A DNA stretch of 64,000 bases, taken from contig OX597815.1 in the NCBI GenBank assembly GCA_951406725.2, positions 47,182,001 through 47,246,000 on the forward strand, written 5' to 3'. Below are positions 55,263 through 64,000 of this stretch, piece by piece. Position numbers and translations under genes: made by a program. The notes beneath the pieces were generated by a model, which saw only the letters and a program-made list of their open reading frames with translations, was not told the DNA's origin and did no database searches. The stretch is from Octopus vulgaris (Eukaryota). Position 1 is the stretch's first letter. Every line of letters begins with the position of its first letter.

Positions 55263-57141
55263 CTAAAATCTATAATATTGACTTCTCCTATATGTACAAG
55301 TTCATTAATTGTGAAGGGAATAGGATACTGTTCCTAGTACATGACTGATACTTATATTAGCGACTTCAAACGCATGAAAAGCGAACTCTACCAACATATT
55401 AATCAAATTCAGCTCGGTATGATTCCATCTAATATATTGCCAATGCTTATAATGTTAAACTGATCTAGTCGGTATACTTAGTTATAGCTGCATGGATTGT
55501 GCAGTTGTTATTTAAGTGTCTTCGTCATGAACACTGTGAGGTACGGGTGATAGGGTACAAACTTTTATTTTTTCGGTATATATGTCGACAGAGATTATCG
55601 CTTCAAACAGCTGGAAACTTGTTGCTGAAAAAATGATGAGGAGCATTCGTAGTCCGATGATTAAGTTACTGACCATGATATGCTTGACGTGAATTGGATT
55701 GATGTAGAGCGTTTACAGAGAAGAGAAATTCCAGAAAATCTTATACATATTTCACTGTAGTTAAAAAACCTGGAAGATGGTGTTTCATTATAACGTCAGA
55801 CAAAATGCTTTGTTGTATTTACTCCGGCTCATTACGTCCTGTGTTCAAATCCCACCGAGTTTAAATTTGCTTGTCATCTCTCCGGGGCCGATAAAATCCA
55901 GGGTGATGGATATTTTTACGTTCCGAATACATGAAGAATGGCAACAGGTAACGTGCTTTGCATTCTCCCACGAAGGTTCAATGGTAAGGAAGTTTTCAAT
56001 GGACATTCGACACCCACATGACCTAAAGAGCACAAAATGAATTGTAATGTTAACTAAAATAGTGTCTTACTCAGCTTCACGCATCATGATGTTAAGAAGA
56101 TGTTTCATATTTAAATTATTATTATGAAGAAAATCGAGCTCCAAATATTTGGGTGTCAAATCTTTGCAGTAAATGAATATTATACAAGCAGTATTTGATC
56201 TACAAAGGTTATATATCATTAAATTTTATCAAAACTAGGAACAGAAAAGTAAATGGTGTAGTCCTTTCAATGAGCTCGGTTTCTGCTTTTCTTTTCCGCC
56301 CAAGGTTCGCTTATTTGCTCCAATCAGCTATTGCGTGTCACACTTTGTGGGCTTCGTATTAAACCTTCTCCAGTTTTCTTCCAAGGCAAGTCACCTTCTA
56401 AAATTTTGTCTCCAACTACCATGCAAACATTGATGTATAAAGCTGTGGAGTGGAACATCAATCTCATCAGTCTGGAAACTCATACAGCGATAATGAGTGT
56501 AGAAACCATCCTACTGAATAAGTTATGAAAAAAGGTCATGGCAGGGTCCTTAAAAGCATAGCCTTCAGTGCTATGCGGTTTCATGAATAAAATATTAAGA
56601 GTTTTGCTTCAGTTATACCGGTGAACGAAGGAATTTGATAAGCAACGAGGTAAAAAAAAATCTTCTGCCGTTCCAACGAGTTTATGATGCTGATGTTGTA
56701 TTCTTTGGAAAAGAGTTTTCAGTTTAAATAACAAGACTGAGTTGTATTTACAATGAATCAGAGAATTCTGTATTCGTCTTCTTTATCTTGCAGATTATCT
56801 CTGAGCTGTGATCAAAAGTATTACAAACTTTATGTCGCTATCTCAGTTTAAATTTTAATGCGTCTAGTATTTGCCCCACGCATGCTTCTCCATTCCTTTC
56901 TCAAAGGGAAACATCTCATATCAACTTAATCTTCTGCAGTTTATTAAAAATAGCAAACGAGCTAACGAAAACATCTATATGGTTCGTGTATGTGACTAGC
57001 GAAATTAAATCATATACTAAATAATTTACTATAGTGAACTACTTGTGAATATTTGTGTATGTGTGTTTGTGCGTGCGTGTTTGCATTTATATGAGCTTGT
57101 ATATATACATACATACATACATGCATACATACATACATACA

Positions 57142-57233
<92 letters not shown>

Positions 57234-57446
57234 TTATGAGAGGTAATTGTGTCATTGAGACCCAAAGGTGTCAGGTAATGCTGAATAAGTGCTATAGATG
57301 GACCGCAGTTAAGTTCCAGGTTCGGTGATTATGCGAATAAGGGGTTCAACGTTGGTCTTATGCCAGCGTGTGTATATAAAAATTTTATTTCGTAATGAGA
57401 TAAAAAAAACCCAAGGAGGTGTAGATTTTAGAAATTTATAGATAGT

Positions 57447-57492
57447 TCTTACAGCTGTTTCCAGGATATTTATTATATCCGTTCATCGGAGA
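57447..57492 (-). ncRNA. Hammerhead-like motif with U4C core, in an (AT)n-flanked element (about 57232-57690)
   Basis: The minus strand reads UCU CCGAUGA AC GGAUAU-AAUAA-AUAUCC UG GAAA CAGCUG UA AGA. Confidence 0.65.
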
Positions 57493-58509
57493 CGGTGTGA
57501 AAGGATGGTTAAGAAATAGTTAATTTAGATAAGATATAAAATAGAGAGTAAAGTGGGGGAAATAAAAGAAAATAGATGTGGAATATGTAGGGATATTGCA
57601 TTTGTAGATCTATTTTTTTAGGCAGAATGGTATACATATAGGATTCCAACACCTGTCTTCGTCCTTTGTTTTTTTTTTGTGAATTCTCCTTATATATATA
57701 TATATATATATATATTTCGATATATTGAAGATGTGGATGCATTACATTCGAGGTTGAAAATGTTTAGCATATTTTCTTATGAATACTTTTGGGCTTAGTT
57801 TGGAAGAGTAACGTTTTTAAGTCCACACCCTAGGCTGGCTGATCTTTCAGAAATAACTCACAGATCTGCATTAAATATACTGTGATTGTCTTGAAACTGG
57901 AGACCATAAATTATGAAGGGTTAAAAACTGCACAGAAGTAAGTTTCCTCAATAAAACTTACTTGCTCTACTTTCATGTAAAGAAAAATAGTTACTTTGTT
58001 TTTCTTGATCTCAAGACACATTGCCGAAAAATAAAGTTAAAGAATAACACAGATTAGAAACACACTAAAGAACTGTAAAAGGAAAACAAAAACAACTCAA
58101 CACAGAGAAGAACATCTTTATTAGAGCTGATAGAAGCCGACGAAAATCACAATACCATACGTTACATAGTAATTATTGCAGTGAAAGAAAACAAAAAACC
58201 TTAAAGACTCATACATAATATAATATTTCCCAGTGTCTGTCTGAAGCAAACAAACACACCCACACAGACATAGAAAACGCCTTCTCCAACACACAGACAC
58301 GCATACATGCGTGTGAGTGTGCACACATGCGTTGGGGGTAACGTCTTTTATCTTTTATTTGTTTCCGTTACTGGACGGCAGGCATATTGAGGCATTGCCT
58401 TGAAAGGATTAGTCCAGTGGTTCTCAACCGGGTTCTAAATGGCCCTTGACCCTATGGTCCCCTTGGAGGAATCAAAAGTGTCCATAGTTTAACAAAAAAT
58501 GGTTGGAAA

Positions 58510-58820
58510 GGCGTGGCTCTGTGATGAGAAGCTTGCTTCCCAACCACATGGTTTCGGGTTCAGTTCTGCTGCATCGAACCTTGGGCAAATGTCTTCTCTT
58601 ATAGCTTCAGGCCGTGTGTGTGCTTGTGTGTATGTGTGTGAGAGTGTTTGTCCCTCGCCCATCATTTGACAACCGATGTTGCTGTGATCATGTTCCTGTA
58701 AATTAGCAGTTTGGCAAAAGCGACCGATAGAATAAGTAGTAGGCTTACAAAGAATGTCCCCTGGAGTCGATTTGTTCGACTAAAACCCTTCAAGGCAGTG
58801 ATCCAGCATGACCACCTGTG
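58510..58820 (+). mobile_element. Family B SINE
   Basis: GGCGTGGCTCTGTGATGAGAAGCTTGCTTCCCAACCACATGG. Confidence 0.82.
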
Positions 58821-59055
58821 GTTGATAAATATCAAGTGGTATATTCCGGTTGTGCACACAGAGAAAACCAGCCCTAAGAATATTTAGCGCAGAGAGACTG
58901 GTCTAAAGCAGGCGTTACGTTGATTGTAGGTTGTTGAAATACACCAGTGTGTCCGACGTGCCGTAAATCCCTACGATATATCAAAATCAAATGCATAATA
59001 ACAATTATCTATCGTCTGTTAATCTTCATTTGCACTCCTTAAAATTTTACCCCTC

Positions 59056-59114
<59 letters not shown>

Positions 59115-59532
59115 TTTTACTCTTTTACTCTTTTACTTGTTTCAGTCATTTGACTGCGGCCATGCTGGAGCACCGCATTTTAGTCGAGCAAATCGACCCC
59201 GGGACTTATTCTTTGTAAGCCCAGTACTTATTCTATCGGTCTCTTTTGCCGAACCGCTAAGTAACGGGGACGTAAACACACCAGCATGTCAAGCAATGCT
59301 AGGGGAACAAACACAGACACACAAACATATACACATACACACCCACACACATACATATATACAAACATACGACAGGCTTCTTTCAGTTTCCGTCTACCAA
59401 ATCCTCTCACAAGGGTTTGGTCGGCCCGAGGCTATAGCAGAAGACACTTGCCCAAGGTGCCACGCAGTGGGACTGAACCCGGAACCATGTGGTTGGTAAG
59501 CAAGCTACTTACCACACAGACACTCCTGCGCT
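59115..59532 (-). mobile_element. Family B SINE, full length
   Basis: Reverse complement of the 17654-18040 family, with a (TAAAAGAG) tail. Confidence 0.92.
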
Positions 59533-59616
<84 letters not shown>

Positions 59617-59775
59617 AAATATATATATATATAATCACGGAGATGTACTCGCATAGCAAGTAATTTGATCTGAGATCGTGTGCTGAAACGAAAACAATTG
59701 CAGCGTGGAAGGTGTTTATAAGCCATTTAAGAAACACACAAAAGCCGTTCGATTCACTTCAACATTTAAGTTTAA

Positions 59776-59825
59776 TTTGTCAAAATATTTTCGTCGCTAA
59801 AATCCGCGACCTGTTCACTGACAAA
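59776..59825 (-). ncRNA. Type I hammerhead motif with G3:C8 covariant core
   Basis: The minus strand reads UUUGUCA GUGAACA G GUCGC-GGAUUUUA-GCGAC GAAA AUAU UU UGACAAA. It has a 7-bp stem I, a 5-bp stem II and palindromic AAUAUU. Confidence 0.72.
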
Positions 59826-59847
59826 AATCCGTGATGCAGCACGGATT

Positions 59848-59890
59848 TTTGTCAGTGAACAGGTCGCGGAGACGAAAATATTTTGACAAA
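59848..59890 (+). ncRNA. Type I hammerhead motif with G3:C8 core and shortened stem II
   Basis: UUUGUCA GUGAACA G GUC-GCGGA-GAC GAAA AUAU UU UGACAAA. Confidence 0.65.
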
Positions 59891-60242
59891 TGAAACTTAA
59901 ATGTTGAAGTGAATCGAACGGCTTTTGTGTGTTTCTTAAATGACTTATAAACACCTTCCACGCTGCAATTGTATATATAATCATATCAAAGGGAAATGGA
60001 AATTAATTAAAATTTACATTTCCAGTGGTCTAACGTGTAAAAATTTAGTCCAAAAGACTATATATTAGTCATACGATATAGTATATATTTAAACACATGA
60101 GGAATCCACTTATAGGAATTCAACACGCTAGGAAGAACAGCTAGGATATATAACCACAAAAAATTAGGGATAAAATTCGACGGGAACGAAATGAAAACTA
60201 AAAACATTTTACCATCTAGTTTCCTGAACCAATTGGTTTCTG

Positions 60243-60305
<63 letters not shown>

Positions 60306-60386
60306 TCAGATGAATATGCCACTCAAGTTGAAGAACCAGAATTTAGTACGGTATTATCCATACAATTTGAAAATAAGGTGATTAAA

Positions 60387-60721
60387 ATCAAAATAAGTAA
60401 CAAGGATATCCAGAGGTAATGCAGTACGATCGTTTCAACAACTCCATTTAATTGAACAGTGCAATCATTACATTAATTTAAATGCAGAGCCATCCTCAGC
60501 TGCATAAAGACAGAATATAATTAAATTAAAACAGATAGACACATTAGTATAATTTTACCTAAAATCTCCAAGAAGGTAAGAAGATATTAGTCAAATTCTG
60601 TCTTTATGCGACTGAGAGTTATTCTGCATTTAAATTGATGTAATGATTGTACTGTTTAATTAAATGGAGCTGCTTGAAACCATCGCACTGCATTACCTTT
60701 GGATATCCTTGTTACTTATTT

Positions 60722-60725
<4 letters not shown>
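60387..60725. mobile_element. Fold-back element with arms of about 130 bp, each arm an HHR-like unit
   Basis: ATCAAAATAAGTAACAAGGATATCCA is mirrored by TGGATATCCTTGTTACTTATTTTGAT. It lies between (AT)n tracts. Confidence 0.88.
60419..60505 (-). ncRNA. Type I hammerhead motif, canonical core, long stem II
   Basis: The minus strand reads AUGCAG CUGAGGA UGGCUC..CAUUUAA..UUAAAUGGAGUUGUU GAAA CGAUCG UA CUGCAU. The base of stem II is imperfect. A decayed partner lies at 60606-60693 (+). Confidence 0.72.
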
Positions 60726-60759
<34 letters not shown>

Positions 60760-60869
60760 GTATACACGCACACACACACACACACGCATATATATATATG
60801 TATGTATACACACACATATATGTATGTATGTATTCTGTCAATAATAAAAATAATATTTTATAAGCTTAA

Positions 60870-61324
60870 AGCTTATAGCGATTACTTCTGCGGCATGGTG
60901 CGGAGTCCTGTTGTCAGAGATAGGGTCTTCCAGCAGCCACCCTCTTGACCCAAGACGTTCGATGTAGGCGTCCGTGTTAAATGTGAGGCCGTGCGGTAAG
61001 ACAAATGGAGGCATAACGTCGCCATCACAAGTGGTAACTCCAAAACGCCATGATGTTGACTGGATGTTTAATGTTTATCGCTCTCGGAATTGCGCTGTCC
61101 TCAGATTGATACCCTAAACACTCTGAAATGGTCGTACTGGAGATTCCGACGGGAATACTAAGCAGTATAGGATGTCGCTTCCAAATTCCTGGAAGAGTGA
61201 ATTGCGTCATAGTGTTGTTTTTCTCACAGACTATGCTGGTTAGTCGACAAAATTGAAAGCAAACAATGCCCATGCACGACATTAAGAATATAAAATGGCG
61301 CCAATTTTCCCATTGTACCCTGTA
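60870..61324 (-). mobile_element. Deleted Tc1/mariner (maT/DD37D-like) element
   Basis: The minus strand starts TACAGGGT and encodes IKHPVNIMAF..CDGDVMPPFVLPHGLTFNTDAYIE. Confidence 0.75.
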
Positions 61325-61429
61325 TATATCCATATATATGTGTGTGTATATGTGCGTGTGTATGTGTGTTCTTTTATACATATATATATATCAAAACATG
61401 TGTGTCTATATGTATACATATACATACAT

Positions 61430-61479
<50 letters not shown>

Positions 61480-61676
61480 GTATGTATACATAAATATATT
61501 TATTTATATATAAATATATATAGATAGATATATGTATATACATATGCATATATATATGTATGTATATAGGTATATGTATAGATATAGATATATATATACA
61601 TACATATATGTATATATATGTATATTCATACATATATACATATATATATATACACGCACGCACACATATACACACA

Positions 61677-61718
<42 letters not shown>

Positions 61719-61945
61719 AATATATATATATATTAAATTTAATTTGAGGATATATTAACCTAAAGGGATGGTTGCAACCAACGAAATACTGGTCCAATAC
61801 CCGGTATTTTGCGAGAACGAAATTCTCTGAAAACAATAGGTGTACGTAAAACGTATAATTTATATTCATTTAAAAGACGAAGAGGAAAGAAAATGGAGAT
61901 GAGGAAGTCACTAATTGTTTATTATTAACAAATCGGTCATCTTCT

Positions 61946-62035
61946 CTACTTACAGCTGTTTCACTTATTGCTCAATAATATAATTCTAAAATTGTACAAT
62001 AAATTTACATTTATGCGATAATTTCATTAGAGGTA
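61946..62035 (-). ncRNA. Hammerhead relic (G5A)
   Basis: The minus strand reads CUAAUGA...GAAA CAGCUG UA, the same stem III as 57447-57492. Confidence 0.35.
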
Positions 62036-62149
62036 AAACGATGCAGCTTTGGATTTTTTATATTGGGGTATCAATTTGTTAACAATAAATAATTATTAGC
62101 TTCCTTATCTCCATTCTTCTTTCTCTTCTTATATATATAGAGAGAGATA

Positions 62150-62420
62150 TGTGGAGGCACATGGCATAGTGATTAGAGCAGCGGATACGCGGTCGAAGGA
62201 TCGTGGTTTGAATCTCAGACCGGGCGATTTGTGTCTTTATAAGTGAAAGATCTAAGCTCCACGCGGCTCCAACAGAAGGTAATGGGGAACTTCTCTCTTT
62301 CGCCACGACTTACTCTCACTCTTTCCTCTTTCATCTAGCAGCTCACCCGAAATGGACCGGCGTTCCGTTCAGGTGGGGAACTTATACACCAATGAAACCG
62401 GGAAGCCAGCCCTTATGAGG
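62150..62420 (+). mobile_element. tRNA-derived SINE
   Basis: TGGCATAGTGATTAGAGCAGCGG..GGTTTGAATCTCAGACCGGG, related to 44628-44790. Confidence 0.75.
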
Positions 62421-62474
62421 AGGAACAAACAACAACATATAGATCTGTGGCTGTGTGGTAAGTAGCTTACTTAC

Positions 62475-64000
62475 TCAGAATGCAACACTAGTTGGTCTGG
62501 ACTGTTACAGTGAGCAGATGTGAGTTTCGGCTCCGCGAATAGAAAAAAAGAACAAAAAGAAAAATTGTCAATTATGGCTCGCTATAGTGAGCAAAATACT
62601 GGGTTCTCATCACCGTAACGGTGAATTGAGAATTATTTTTGAAAATTCTTCTTGTAAATTCTAGTGGGCGTATCTCGCCAGAAAAATAAGAATAAGCCAC
62701 TTGGATTACCTTTTGAATTACCTTTTTGGAGTATTATAGAAAGGATTCCCTGTCTGTGCTATTTGTGAGGTGTTTCTTTTACTTTTCCCTTCTATTTTTT
62801 CTTTCTTTCTAAGTTTTGGTTCATTCTTTTCATTACTTAAATTTCAGTTTCCTCCCCTCCTCTTTTATTATGTTTTATTTTTATTTGGCTTAATGTTTTG
62901 GCAGACTGTCTTTTGAACTACTTTTGAACTGTTTTTTGACATGGCAGAGAAGGAACTTAAAAAGAAAAACTCTGTCTTAGAGTGGGAAATTAACCCGCCT
63001 AAGCAATGGTTAAAAGATATGGAGGAGAAGACGATGGTACTTAGAACGTATTCTAAAGTTCTTAATTCCATCACCGTCTGCCCAAAACAAGTCATAAATA
63101 ATGAACTTAAAGAACATTTGTCCACTGTAAAATATATATCCCGTGGTGTCAAACATGCAACCGTATGGTTGCTGTTTGACAACAGGGAAAAGGCTCGCCA
63201 GTTTGCGAGTCAGCCTTTAGAAGGCAAGGAAATTCTGTTTCTCCCGTCATACTGTGGAAGAAAATTAATACGAGGCTGAGTATGTGGGCTCCCCCCCGGG
63301 CACCGAAGCGGATTGGATTGAAGATACCATACGACGGGGACTGGGGGATGGCGGGCCCAGGCTCTTAAATGTAAGAGTATTGCCGGCGGTCGATTAGGAA
63401 GGGTCAAAAGCGATTTTGACCCTGTGGACCCCATCGGCCGCAACAGAACTGGTTTTTCCAGACTTCTTGAAAATGGCTGGCTGAAGGTATCCGGTGATAC
63501 TTGAGGGACATCCCCCAAATTGTCACTCGTGCCTGCAGCCAGGCCACATTAAAAGGAACTGCCCTCAGGACCATGGTAAGGTCCTGGAACAGTCACTAGA
63601 TTCCACCTCCCCTACCCGGTCAAAGGGAGAGGTGGATGTGGTCGAGGAGGCTTCAGCCTCCTCAACTCAAAAAGGATTAAAAAGGAAGAAGGCGGGCAAC
63701 AATAGTTGCCCGCCGAAGGAACCTAAGGCTTCGGAAGGCGGGGGAGAGTCTCCGGACAAAGCGGAAGAGCTCCACTCTCCCGAAGCCAGGAAGAAAAGAA
63801 AAAAAAAGAAAGAAGAACGGGTTATCTCAGCGGGGAGATGATGAGCCGACTGCATGCCCCGAAGTTGTGCCACCCACGGTGGAAGAAACCACCCCCACCC
63901 TTAAAGATGATCAATTAATTATCTTTTCTACAAGGGCGGGGAGGTGGAAAAGATTGTAGAAGAACATAAAGAAACAGTAGATATGCCCTTCACACGGGAT
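62475..64000 (+). mobile_element. 5' part of an L1/Tx1-like LINE: 5' UTR and frameshifted ORF1 with a CCHC knuckle
   Basis: ORF 62941-63279 is followed by LEGHPPNCHSCLQPGHIKRNCP (CX2CX4HX4C) and a K/E-rich tail. It runs off the window. Confidence 0.75.

Larger units (their letters stand above)
59636..59972. mobile_element. Fold-back element (palindrome 59694-59972) carrying two divergent hammerhead-like motifs
   Basis: Arms of about 140 bp meet at TGCA (59835-59838). The element is flanked by (AT)n. Confidence 0.92.

Overview
AT-rich, microsatellite-dense eukaryotic DNA. The SINE families resemble those of Octopus, which is an inference from sequence only. No intact host protein-coding exon can be supported, and most ORF-track entries are translations of microsatellites. 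The window is a mosaic of tRNA-derived SINEs and decayed transposons: hAT, mariner, maT-like, MULE-like, Helitron, CR1-like, Tx1/L1-like, R4/Dong-like and Penelope-like (PLE) remnants. The main hidden signal is about a dozen type I hammerhead-ribozyme (HHR) motifs or relics with short, usually palindromic stem III. They are carried by several different small non-coding elements that mostly sit next to (AT)n tracts, often as tandem or fold-back pairs. These include a 479-bp tandem pair with canonical cores (237-284, 716-763) and a fold-back family whose core reads GUGA(A/U)CA, a G3:C8 covariant of the C3:G8 tertiary pair (59776-59890, 43334-43384). All folds were read by eye and ribozyme activity is untested.
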